From positions 576,001-640,000 of the forward strand of contig CAXXXD010000003.1 of assembly GCA_963663385.2 (NCBI GenBank): a stretch of DNA of 64,000 nucleotides, given 5' to 3'. Source of the stretch: Oceanispirochaeta sp. GTDB taxonomy: Bacteria > Spirochaetota > Spirochaetia > DSM-2461. Below, piece after piece: positions 19,679 through 29,339 of the stretch (positions are counted from its first letter, which is position 1; each line of letters begins with the position of its first letter). The notes beneath the pieces were generated by a model. That model was not told the origin of the DNA. It searched no databases and was given only the letters and a program-made list of their open reading frames with translations. The translations under genes and the position numbers were made by a program.

Positions 19679-20546
19679 AAAGTTTTCCTGCCAGGATGCC
19701 TGTGACAATAGTGATCAGACCGGCAACGGTCGTCCAGTAAATTGTTTCTCCCAGAATAATACTGATCCATACAAGGGACAGGAACGGGGCCAGGTACACT
19801 ATATTGCTGATATCCGCGGATCGTCTGGCGAGCTTCATGGCCATAGCCCAGAATACAAATGTTATCCCCATTTCAAACAATCCCACATAGGCTGACGAAA
19901 GAATGCCTTTCAGGGTCCATGCAGGTGTTTCCAGTCCGAGGAACCCCTTTATTATAAGCAGTACGGGGATGGCCGCTGTAAATGACCAGAACATCCTGAT
20001 AATCTCATTCCCCTTCTGAGCGCTGTTCAGGAGCCAGTACAGGGCCCAGAGAACAGAGCTGGACAGAGCCAGTATGATACCGCTTCTGGAGAATTCCTTT
20101 GTACTGCCGCTGCCCCCCTGGCTGATCAGGATGACTCCGGTCAGGCACAAACCAAGAGAGAGGATATCAATCCTGCGGAGAGCCTGTCTCAGAATGGGTA
20201 CGGAAAGGAGGACAAGCATAACGGGCCATGTATAATTGAGGGGTTGTGCAATCTGTGCCGGAAGCAGTTCGTAACTGCGGAAAAGGATCAGGTAATAACC
20301 CACAGGGTTTACCAGAGCCAGCAAGGCAATTCTGATCCAATCCCTGTTCTTCATTTTCAGAAGAGACGCCGTTTTTCCCTGAACGGCAATCAGGATAAAA
20401 AGCGCCACGGCCGACCAGATCACAGCACGCAGAAGAAGATGAAACGAATCCATTTCCTGCAGGGCTACTTTAAAGGCTGTCGCTACAGTTGACCAGAGAA
20501 AAACGGCAGTCAGTGCATATGTGAGAGCTTTATTGTTCTGTTTCAT
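19662..20546 (-). CDS. DMT/EamA family transporter
   Basis: About 10 TM in two EamA repeats; WSTVATAFK, LNYTWP and YLAPFLS. Confidence 0.9.
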   Translation of the reverse strand: MKQNNKALTYALTAVFLWSTVATAFKVALQEMDSFHLLLRAVIWSAVALFILIAVQGKTASLLKMKNRDWIRIALLALVNPVGYYLILFRSYELLPAQIAQPLNYTWPVMLVLLSVPILRQALRRIDILSLGLCLTGVILISQGGSGSTKEFSRSGIILALSSSVLWALYWLLNSAQKGNEIIRMFWSFTAAIPVLLIIKGFLGLETPAWTLKGILSSAYVGLFEMGITFVFWAMAMKLARRSADISNIVYLAPFLSLVWISIILGETIYWTTVAGLITIVTGILAGKLFTSRP

Positions 20547-21267
20547 TGCTGTCCATTTTAAGGTAACGGATTTTCTTAAACACTTTTTCCATATGGCGGG
20601 CTTCTTTCAGACTCATGCCGGACCGGGCGAATATATCCCTGAAGTATCCTCTGGTGTCAAATCTGTCTGGTTTGTCAAAAAAACCGATATCTTCCAGAAC
20701 CCCGTATACAGCAGAGGAGAGTTCATCTACCTTCTCAAGGCTCACAGGAGTATACCGGCCAATCCTCTCTTCGCTTTTTCTGTAGAACACATAGGCCATA
20801 ATCTGAACGGCATGAGAAAGATTGAGAGAGGGATTCTGCGGATCCGAGGGTATATGACAGGCTGCCGTACAGGCGGCAAGTTCCCGGTCGTTCAGTCCAT
20901 TCTGTTCATTGCCGAATACAAGGGCAATGGTTCCTTCCGTATATTCGGCGGCTTTCTCCGCCAGCTCTTCCGGGAGGTAGGAAAAATACTTGCGCCGACT
21001 GCCCCTGCGGCGGGTTATCCCTGCCGCCAGAACCGTATCTTTCAGGGCTTCCTCCAGTGTGTCAAATCGTTCTGCCCCGTCGAATATGCTTTTGGCATGA
21101 ATGGACATATCCCGGACATGTTCAAGATTCAATTCCGATATATCCCCGGCTATAGCCAGTCTCTTCAATCCCATATTCTGCATGCACCGGCACACGGAGC
21201 CGACATTCAGCCCTCCCTCGGGGCGGCACAGAACGATTTTAATTCGATTCAGGAAATCATTACTCAT
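20530..21267 (-). CDS. TrmJ/LasT-type SPOUT RNA methyltransferase
   Basis: NVGSVCRCMQNMG, VFGNEQNGL and SLNLSHAV motifs. Confidence 0.88.
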   Translation of the reverse strand: MSNDFLNRIKIVLCRPEGGLNVGSVCRCMQNMGLKRLAIAGDISELNLEHVRDMSIHAKSIFDGAERFDTLEEALKDTVLAAGITRRRGSRRKYFSYLPEELAEKAAEYTEGTIALVFGNEQNGLNDRELAACTAACHIPSDPQNPSLNLSHAVQIMAYVFYRKSEERIGRYTPVSLEKVDELSSAVYGVLEDIGFFDKPDRFDTRGYFRDIFARSGMSLKEARHMEKVFKKIRYLKMDSNETEQ

Positions 21268-21337
21268 AGTTACACTTTTATATCAGATTCCGGAAAGATT
21301 GAAAATCATCAGGGGCTGCTGTTTATCGGTTTGATTC

Positions 21338-23143
21338 CTACTGACTGATGATTTTAAGGAAGATATCCAGGAGTTCCGGATCAAACAGTTTTCCTCTCTG
21401 TTCTTTGAGAAAGTCCAGTGTTTCTTCTATGCTGAAACCTTGTCGATAGGGCCTGTCTTCGGTAATGGCATCAAAAACGTCGGCTATGGTGACAATCCGG
21501 GCGGGCAGGGGGATCTGTTCGCCTGCCAGACCTTCCGGGTATCCTGTACCGTCCCATCTTTCATGATGGTATTTGACTATCTGGCGGATTACGGAAAAGT
21601 CCGGAACATCTTTTAAAATATCGTAGCCCTTGCCGGGATGGCTTTTGATTATACTGAATTCCGCATCAGTCAACCTACCCGGTTTATCAAGGATGCTTTC
21701 GGGTACACCCATCTTCCCTATATCATGAAGCATGGCTCCCATATGAATGCCTGACTTCATTTCGTCGGATATATCCATCTTTTCGGTTATGATATCGGCG
21801 ACTTCCGCCACCCGGTCGCTGTGACCGGCGGTCCATCGGGATTTGGCATCCACGCTTCTGATGAGAGACCGGTAGAGAGCATTGTAGAGAGACTCCCTCC
21901 GTTTCATATCATGGAGACTCTTCAGGGCGACCCCTGTCTGATCCGAGAGCATTCCCAGGGCTTCCCTGTCCTGATTGCTGAAGGTCTTCCGGGAAATGGC
22001 AAATATGCCGACGAAAGTTTCATCCTGAAAGAGGGGGACACTTAAAACTTTTTTACAGGCCTTATCCGTCAGGATCATGACGGCAGGAGTATCCTCCCCA
22101 ATGGAAAATTCAAATGGAACTTCCATATTCTGAAGGAGCCTGTCCGGCACGTTTTCCATTTTGATTATGTGGTTTTCTATTTCACGTTCAGCCGGGGCAG
22201 CCGCTATTATATGAAAAGCTTCCTCCACTTTTTCCAGAACCGTAACAGGGGCCTGATCAAACTGATCGGATATAAGACCGGCCACCTTGTACAGAAGTTC
22301 CCTGCGGGATACCGACGAGAGTACAGTCCTGTCAATTCTGTTCATGGTCTGCATGGATTTTATTCGATGATCAATATTGGCCGCCATTTCGTCCATAGTG
22401 CGGGACAAAAGCCCTATGTCGTCCCGCCTCCTGCTGTTCATGCGGGTATCGAAATGACCGGAAGCCATGGAAAAGGCTGTATCAGCCATCTGCTTGATAG
22501 GCCTGGACAACCGGGAAGCAAAAAAAGAACCGAGAAAGGTAGAGAGGATCAGAACAACAATTCCATAAACCATAATGGTATCTTTTTCACTAGTAATATA
22601 GTTAAAAATACTGCCCTGCTTCTGAAGCATCTGAATAACATAGTCGTTATCATCCTCTCTGGAGGTAATGTCCAGAAGTATGCTTCTTTTATTCTCCTGT
22701 CCCAGAAAAAGCTGTTTTTCTATATATATGCCTTCTGACAGACTCCTGTTCAGGGATTCAACCTGTTTTTCATTCGGAAGGATCATGCCTGCGAATGATC
22801 TCTCGGAGGAGGCGAGCATCACCCAGTCTTCCTCTCCGTCTTTCTTCATAAAAAGATTAAGCTGAAAATCCAGAGACTGTTCATTCGGTATTATGGTTAT
22901 GATCTGTTCCAACAGCTTTGCGCCGATTTCGGGTTTTTCGATAAAAGCGTTGTAGAGCCAGTCCTTTTCGTAGTGGGATTCATGAAAAAGCTTTTCAATT
23001 CCACTGCGGAATTCCCTGATAACTTCCATGCTGGTAAGCAGGGTTCCTGAAATAAAGGATATATACCCTATAATCATCCCGAAAACGACAAAGAGAAGTG
23101 TCTGCTTAAGATGGAGCAGCTTGGAACCTAAACGAAAAGTCAT
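21338..23143 (-). CDS. Membrane HAMP + GAF + HD-GYP phosphodiesterase
   Basis: Two TMs, HAMP (RRDDIGLL), GAF-like region, TAGHSDRV, HDIGK, HHERWDGTGYP and ADVFDA. Start uncertain (23143 or 23179). Confidence 0.88.
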   Translation of the reverse strand: MTFRLGSKLLHLKQTLLFVVFGMIIGYISFISGTLLTSMEVIREFRSGIEKLFHESHYEKDWLYNAFIEKPEIGAKLLEQIITIIPNEQSLDFQLNLFMKKDGEEDWVMLASSERSFAGMILPNEKQVESLNRSLSEGIYIEKQLFLGQENKRSILLDITSREDDNDYVIQMLQKQGSIFNYITSEKDTIMVYGIVVLILSTFLGSFFASRLSRPIKQMADTAFSMASGHFDTRMNSRRRDDIGLLSRTMDEMAANIDHRIKSMQTMNRIDRTVLSSVSRRELLYKVAGLISDQFDQAPVTVLEKVEEAFHIIAAAPAEREIENHIIKMENVPDRLLQNMEVPFEFSIGEDTPAVMILTDKACKKVLSVPLFQDETFVGIFAISRKTFSNQDREALGMLSDQTGVALKSLHDMKRRESLYNALYRSLIRSVDAKSRWTAGHSDRVAEVADIITEKMDISDEMKSGIHMGAMLHDIGKMGVPESILDKPGRLTDAEFSIIKSHPGKGYDILKDVPDFSVIRQIVKYHHERWDGTGYPEGLAGEQIPLPARIVTIADVFDAITEDRPYRQGFSIEETLDFLKEQRGKLFDPELLDIFLKIISQ

Positions 23144-23207
23144 ATATAAAAAAGTAACTATTTCAGAGTAGGGAATCAAGGAACATGCAGTGAATTTTAC
23201 TTGAACT

Positions 23208-23618
23208 TTACACTGACGGATTGCCCCTTCTGGAAACCGGTGCTGTTCCTTTTATCCATAGAAAGTGCGTGTGCTCGCCCAGACTGTTGAACGGAGACTG
23301 CCGGTAGTATTGCCTTTCCTGTTCCAGCCACCCTTCGCTGTCGATTCCGGGAGGCTGCCACTGCAGAAAAAAGCCCTGGAAAACACGGATTCCCGACTGC
23401 AGCAGGATCTGCCCCGGTTGCCGGTTCAGAACATTCTGTATTTCCTTTCCCGATAGTCCGCCGGGAGGGGTCAGTTTACGAGGACCTGAAGAGGCTTTCT
23501 TATGAGAGATAAGCTGACCATTAATGCCTTTTTTCAGGCGTATTACCCCCTTTTCCGATGCATATACTTTTTCTTCCAGCCTTAAGGCCAGATCGTCGAA
23601 ATTCCTGTTTTCCGCCAA
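23208..23618 (-). pseudogene. cmoM: Internally deleted CmoM/SmtA-like tRNA methyltransferase remnant (SAM-binding core missing)
   Basis: N-terminal RNFDD...VY.SEKG.IR and C-terminal LTP...SGIRVF...LE.E..Y.RQ.PF.SLG.H.H match both ends of CmoM/SmtA, with no GxGxG motif I between them. Confidence 0.7.
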
Positions 23619-23774
23619 TTCCTGCTATCCCGTCCAGTGAATTGTTCACAGTATAGCCCGACAGGAGCCTCGGGTTACAGCTCCCCCGGCGAATCGGGGA
23701 ATCTCATCAGGAAATTACAAAAAAGTGTAAAGAATTTCCTGACTTCCGGCGGTTGGAGCTGTTATCCTGATTAT

Positions 23775-26552
23775 ATGAACCAATACTGTATAGCCTGCGG
23801 CGTTTTCCGAACAGATCTTGAACTGATTCTGCCCACTCTGGCATCCAGACCCTTTGTCCGTTATCTGGAGGGGGGATTGCACTCTGATCCGGATTTCCTT
23901 CGCCGGGAACTGCAGGCTGCCATTGACGAGGTTCCCTGCGGATATGACAGGATTATTCTGCTGTACGGAGTCTGCGGCAAGGGAATTGTCGGATTGAACT
24001 CCGGGAATAAAACCCTTCTGATCCCCCGGGTACACGACTGTATCAGCCTCTTCCTGGGAGGAACGGCGGAGTACAGAAAACAGTTCTCCCATAAACCGGG
24101 CACCTACTATATTTCGCCGGGCTGGTACGATGAGCAGGTCCAGCCTAAGGGCAAAGTTTCCCAGAAAGGCACTTCTCTTCTGAAGGAACATAAAACCGGT
24201 TTTCCCAGACAGTATGTGGATACCATGGACCAGGAGGTCTGGCAGGAGCGGTTCGGGCAGGATAATACAAAAGAAATAACAGGTTTTTTTGATTCCTGGA
24301 AGAAAAACTATACCCGGGCCGTTTATATCGATACCGGATCGGCCCGGTCCGATAAATACGAAAAATATGCCAGAGCCCTTGCGGAGGAGAATGGCTGGGA
24401 GTATACGGAACTGAAGGGGTCAACCGCGATGATCCGCCGCTGTTTTGATGAAAATCCGGAAGGGGATGATCTTCTGATCGTTCCTCCGGGCCGCAAGGTT
24501 ACATTCGATCCCGCCTCCTCCAGTTTAAGCAGCGCCACTCCGGAAGGGGAGGATACTCTCTTCCGGGACCGGATTATCCGGACAACCGGCGAAGGAGATG
24601 AAAGCCTGAAAACCCGCTATACCAGAGGCCTGGGGATTGATGCGGGGGGAACCTATACGGATGCTGTTCTCTATGATTTTAAAAAATCCGCTGTTTTGTC
24701 GCGGGCAAAAGCATTAACGACAAAATGGAAGTACTCCGAAGGGATCATGGCGGCGCTGGAGCACATCCCCGCCGAGGAGCTGTCCAGTGTGGATCTGGTC
24801 AGCCTTTCCACAACCCTTGTTACGAACGCTATTGTTGAGTCAAATACCCATCCGGTCGGGCTTCTGATCATGCCTCCCGGCCGTCTAACGGCTGGGGATA
24901 TTGAACATGTTCCTGCCAGTGTCATTCAGGGGCGTATGACTATCGAGGGCGCGATGGTGGAAGATATTGATCCTGAGGAGATCCGTCAGAGGGCAGAGGA
25001 GATGATAACGCATTATGGTGTCAGGGCCTTTGCCGTATCCGGCTACGGCGGATCCGTGAATCCCCGGCTGGAGCTGAAAGTAAAGAAGATTATCAGGGAG
25101 TCTACAGGGCTGGATGTGTGCTGCGGTCATGAGCTGTCGGGCTCTCTGAATTTCTATATCCGTGCCAGAACAGCTGTTCTGAATGCGGGGACCATACCGA
25201 TCATGGAGGAGTTCCTGAGGGAGATGAAGGCGGCTCTGGACGGGATAGGTGTCAAAGCTCCTATCCTCGTTGTCCGGGGGGACGGTTCCATTATGACTGA
25301 ATCCTATGCCAGTGATTTTCCTGTACAGACAGCCCTTTCCGGTCCTGCGGCAAGTATGGCCGGAGCCAGGCATCTGACAGATCAGAAGGAAGCCCTGGTA
25401 GCCGATGTGGGAGGCACAACTACGGATATCGGTTTTCTGGAAGAGGGACTGGTTTCCATTTGTGATGACGGGGCTGCCATCGGCAGATGGAAAACCCATG
25501 TCCGGGCTGTGGATATGTTAACCGTCGGTCTGGGAGGGGACAGTGAAATCCTCTTTGACAGGCAGAGCTGGCGGATCGGTCCCAGACGGATAACACCTTT
25601 CTGCTGGCTGGACAGCCGCAATAACCTGGAGGAGGCTCTGGGGAAAGCTCTAAAGAAACCGGAACGCTGGGAGGGCTCCTTCAAACCCCTGCAATGGTTC
25701 TGCCTGAGCGGTAAAAAAGCGGACTTTGAACTGACAGGGCAGGAAAAGAGGATACTGGACGCACTTGCAGAACGACCTATGATGGCATGGGAACTGGGCG
25801 ATCTGATTTGTGACGGCGTATGGAAACTGCTCAGAACAGAACGGCTTGAAAAGTCCTATTGTCTGCTCCGGATCGGATTGACCCCGACAGATCTCTACCA
25901 TAGGGAAGGGGCTCTCTCCCTGTGGGACTCCCCTCTGCTGAAGGAATATGTTTCTTTATCGGCCATTGTCAGTTCCATGGCAGAGGACCTGTTTCTGGAA
26001 CATTTAAAAGAGAAGATTTCCCGCCAGGCAGGAGGAGCTCTGTTAGACCGGATTTTTCCCGGGAACAGTCAGCGGGAGCAGGAACGTCTGCTGGAGAAGG
26101 GGAACCGCTGGATGCAGCTGCAGCCCCGGCTTAATGTCCCTGTTATCGGTCTGGGCGGTCCTGCGGGGCTGATGCTGAAAGACGCCGTAACCCGCCTGGG
26201 AGGAGAACTGATCATCCCCGAAAACAGCGAAGTGGCCAACGCGGTGGGAGCCGTTACCAGTGAAGTCTCCGTCAGTACCAGCGCATCCATTGTCACGACA
26301 GCTCAGGGGCTGTTCCGTATCCAGGGGATCGCCCATGAGGCGGATGATTTTGAATCCCTTGAGGAAACCGAGTCCTACTGCCTTAAGATTCTTAATGAGA
26401 AAATCCTGAAAAAGGCCCGGGCAGCCGGAACCAGTTCCACAGGAGTGGAAATCCTGATTCAGAACCGTACCGCAGAAGCTTCCGGCGGGGAAAGCCTCTT
26501 TCTGGAAAGGCAGTTCAGCGCCAGCCTGACGGGAATTCCCGACCTGGTTTAA
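23775..26552 (+). CDS. DUF1638 + hydantoinase A/oxoprolinase (ASKHA ATPase) fusion protein
   Basis: N-terminal IACGVF, GLHSDP, LYGVCG, HDCISLFLG and YYISPGW; then GIDAGGTYTDAV, LSTTLVTNA, SGPAAS, DVGGTTTD, GLGGDS and ANAVGA. Confidence 0.85.
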   Translation: MNQYCIACGVFRTDLELILPTLASRPFVRYLEGGLHSDPDFLRRELQAAIDEVPCGYDRIILLYGVCGKGIVGLNSGNKTLLIPRVHDCISLFLGGTAEYRKQFSHKPGTYYISPGWYDEQVQPKGKVSQKGTSLLKEHKTGFPRQYVDTMDQEVWQERFGQDNTKEITGFFDSWKKNYTRAVYIDTGSARSDKYEKYARALAEENGWEYTELKGSTAMIRRCFDENPEGDDLLIVPPGRKVTFDPASSSLSSATPEGEDTLFRDRIIRTTGEGDESLKTRYTRGLGIDAGGTYTDAVLYDFKKSAVLSRAKALTTKWKYSEGIMAALEHIPAEELSSVDLVSLSTTLVTNAIVESNTHPVGLLIMPPGRLTAGDIEHVPASVIQGRMTIEGAMVEDIDPEEIRQRAEEMITHYGVRAFAVSGYGGSVNPRLELKVKKIIRESTGLDVCCGHELSGSLNFYIRARTAVLNAGTIPIMEEFLREMKAALDGIGVKAPILVVRGDGSIMTESYASDFPVQTALSGPAASMAGARHLTDQKEALVADVGGTTTDIGFLEEGLVSICDDGAAIGRWKTHVRAVDMLTVGLGGDSEILFDRQSWRIGPRRITPFCWLDSRNNLEEALGKALKKPERWEGSFKPLQWFCLSGKKADFELTGQEKRILDALAERPMMAWELGDLICDGVWKLLRTERLEKSYCLLRIGLTPTDLYHREGALSLWDSPLLKEYVSLSAIVSSMAEDLFLEHLKEKISRQAGGALLDRIFPGNSQREQERLLEKGNRWMQLQPRLNVPVIGLGGPAGLMLKDAVTRLGGELIIPENSEVANAVGAVTSEVSVSTSASIVTTAQGLFRIQGIAHEADDFESLEETESYCLKILNEKILKKARAAGTSSTGVEILIQNRTAEASGGESLFLERQFSASLTGIPDLV

Positions 26553-26648
26553 AGGCCGGGGATATGTTAAAGCCATCAGTAATGGAGATGAATCCGGAAT
26601 AGTATATGCGAAACGTCGTGTTTTACATGTTCCGGATAATAAAACTCT

Positions 26649-27092
26649 CTATTCGTAATTGTAATAGATGCTTTCGGCTTTATCTCCGTCTTCCTGTCCT
26701 GTTAATTTATCAAGCAGAGATCCCGTAAAGCCTCCCAGCTCATACTGATGTATATCCGATAGTTTTGCCCAGACATATTCTTCGGCTTCATCATTCAGGG
26801 TTACCTCTGTAGAATCCGTTTTACACAGATAATCCATAAAGAGAAAATGCCTGTCTTTGTAAAAACCGTTATTATAGAAACACTCTTTAATTCCCAGAGG
26901 TTTTATGTCTTTTATTTTTAATCCGGTTTCTTCCAGTATCTCCCTTCTCAGGGCATCCTCCAGCTTCTCTCCAAATTCGACATGGCCGCCGGGGATAACA
27001 TATTTATCATCCCATTTATGGGACTTGCACAGTAACACTTCGTTTTCCGGATTAAATATGACTGCGCTGACTGTCAATTCTGGGTATTTCAT
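26649..27092 (-). CDS. NUDIX hydrolase
   Basis: Nudix box GGHVEFGEKLEDALRREILEETG. Confidence 0.92.
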   Translation of the reverse strand: MKYPELTVSAVIFNPENEVLLCKSHKWDDKYVIPGGHVEFGEKLEDALRREILEETGLKIKDIKPLGIKECFYNNGFYKDRHFLFMDYLCKTDSTEVTLNDEAEEYVWAKLSDIHQYELGGFTGSLLDKLTGQEDGDKAESIYYNYE

Positions 27093-27164
27093 AATTCCTG
27101 TTCCTCTCAATATGTGTACGAAGTCCAGCATTTACTCTGATATAAAAATCAGCCAGTTCTTCCC

Positions 27165-27533
27165 CTATGCCATAGGGCGAGCAGGTTTTCCAAATCTATC
27201 CTGGTAATTCACTTTTACCATTTTGTGCCGAATAACTCTTCCAGCAAACCCCGGCAGGGAAAGGCAGCCTTCAAAACCTGATTCCTCTCCAGACATTTCT
27301 GTTATCTCCGGGTTTATCAGTTCATAATATTCTCCCAGATAATCAATAACGACAATCCTTTTCAGGAGAGAAATCTGAGGAGCTGCCAGCGCTGCGCCGT
27401 CGCCATGCTTTCTCAATGTATTTGATATTATATCAATTTTCCTGTGCAAGCCCTTATGAAATACTGTGACAGGTGAACATTGCGCTCTCAGGCGGTTATC
27501 TCCAAAATGTATAATATTTTCCTGTTTGCTCAT
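27165..27533 (-). pseudogene. def: 3'-truncated peptide deformylase
   Basis: GAALAAPQI and EGCLSLPG are present, but the ORF stops before the HExxH motif, and I found no HExxH in the other two downstream frames. Confidence 0.8.
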
Positions 27534-27576
27534 ATAAAATGAATTCTTCAGATAACACGATTTGCGCTAAGCACTA

Positions 27577-28044
27577 TTATAAAATTCCGGGAATAAACAT
27601 CCATTTTACTGATTTCTGATATTCTCGATAGGAATCACTCATACTTCTAATTAAAAACTTCTCTTCTTCCTTTGCTAAACTGAATAACACAATGGATAAA
27701 AGAGTCGGTACTGGAACGGTAAAAACAAAATTCCAGGCAATATATATTCCCCATGTAATCATAAAAAGGCTTAAGTACATTGGGTGTCTAACTTTAGAAA
27801 ATATACCGGAGGATATTATGGCTTTGATATTGTCAGAAGTTCTATGCCCGTCCTTATGGTGTTTATGGCACCGCATATGTATTAAAAAGCCCAGAAGGGC
27901 AATCGTACTTCCAATGATAATGGAATAAATAGAGGAAAAGAGGGCTGCCCAATGGAATATTTCACCGCATATATGTAAACCAAGCTGTATCAATAAAAAT
28001 ACGTTTATAAGAAAATCGGGCTTTAAATTCAATATACTCTTCAT
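27577..28044 (-). CDS. ICMT/PEMT-family membrane methyltransferase
   Basis: SGIFSKVRHPMY, EEEKFL and Y.EY..SV..FIP motifs; AT-rich. Confidence 0.82.
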   Translation of the reverse strand: MKSILNLKPDFLINVFLLIQLGLHICGEIFHWAALFSSIYSIIIGSTIALLGFLIHMRCHKHHKDGHRTSDNIKAIISSGIFSKVRHPMYLSLFMITWGIYIAWNFVFTVPVPTLLSIVLFSLAKEEEKFLIRSMSDSYREYQKSVKWMFIPGIL

Positions 28045-28420
28045 AGCACTCTCTTTATAATAGGTTACTCAAGAAATCAGGGTATTTATTATTTAAAATA
28101 TTACCCCGGTTTACGATTGTTCCCTGCCAATATAACACATTCTATAACCTAGTCTCTACTATTCCAATGCCTTTTCCTCTCTGGTTTTCATTTACACTCC
28201 GGAACTGCATAAGAGTCTGGCTGTAAAATCAGCAGTAGAAGGCATTTCAATCAATAAGTATATAATTTCAAGAATTTCCACTGTTGTATAAATGAAAAAA
28301 AACCAAAATTGGACATAACACCAACTACACCCATTGCGTGATAACGGATACAACGAATATATCATAAATAGACATCCGCAGACAGAAGATTTTGTGATTA
28401 TATTATTGTAGAATCCAACC

Positions 28421-29182
28421 TTACGAAAGCAGCTCCCTCAGCATCCTCTCCCGGTTATTCATAAAGTACTTCGTAATCTGAAAATGTTCTGTATCCTCGT
28501 AATCCACCCGGGATATCCCCGTATCACTGAAGCTGTAGATGGTAGAGTGGGGGTAGGCGAGGAGCAGAGGGGAGTGGGTTGCTATGATAAACTGGGAAGA
28601 CTGCTCTACAAGCTGGTGAATCCGGCTTATGGCCGACAGCTGCCTGGCCGGAGAAAGCGCCGCTTCCGGCTCATCCAGAATGTAGATGCCGCTCCCGAAA
28701 AAGCGGTTCATCAGCAGAGAGAAAAAGGACTCCCCGTGGGACTGACAGTGAAGGGATGTTCCTCCGTATGAGCCTATTACAGGAGCGCCGAAGGAGCCTT
28801 CCCGGTCCATCGCATCAATATTGGTGGCCACATTGTAAAAGCTTTCGGCCCTCAGGAAATACCCGTCCTTCGGGCGGATGTACCCTTTTGAAACCTTAAG
28901 GTACTCATGCAGTTCCGAACAGGTATCTTCTGTAGAAAAACTGAAGTTTTTCGATCCCCCCTCGGGGTTGAAACCAAGAGCAATGGCGATAGCTTCAAGC
29001 AGGGTGGACTTGCCGCTGCCGTTTTCTCCCACCAGGAATGTGACCTTTGAGTCGAATCTCAGGGATTTCAGATTTCCGATGGCGGGAATATTAAAGGGGT
29101 AGGAATCCTTTCGTTCCCCTGAAGGCGGAGATAAGGTAATTCTGTTTAAATAACTCGAATCCAAAATCCGGGCTCCTTTCAA
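28421..29182 (-). CDS. ABC/AAA-type predicted ATPase (COG3910-like)
   Basis: Walker A GENGSGKST; FLRAESF, SHGESF, LDEPEAALSP and IATHSP motifs. Confidence 0.9.
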   Translation of the reverse strand: MKGARILDSSYLNRITLSPPSGERKDSYPFNIPAIGNLKSLRFDSKVTFLVGENGSGKSTLLEAIAIALGFNPEGGSKNFSFSTEDTCSELHEYLKVSKGYIRPKDGYFLRAESFYNVATNIDAMDREGSFGAPVIGSYGGTSLHCQSHGESFFSLLMNRFFGSGIYILDEPEAALSPARQLSAISRIHQLVEQSSQFIIATHSPLLLAYPHSTIYSFSDTGISRVDYEDTEHFQITKYFMNNRERMLRELLS

Positions 29183-29339
29183 TCTTCATCTGATAGCCTG
29201 AAGGCTGCATCAGCTGTATTTTCTATGATATACCGGATACTCTTGAAAAAATACTGCTTTTAAATCCCCTCATCATATGGTTTAATTAGAAAGAAATGAT
29301 ATAAGAAAGAATTCATAATAGATTAATTTGAGGATTAAA

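Noticed and set aside
20521..21348. 275-aa plus-strand ORF
   Set aside because: Antisense to the SPOUT methyltransferase; no recognisable domain.
28421..29182. ATPase as part of an anti-phage defence system
   Set aside because: No partner nuclease or TOPRIM gene; it matches the stand-alone SHGESF-type ATPase family.
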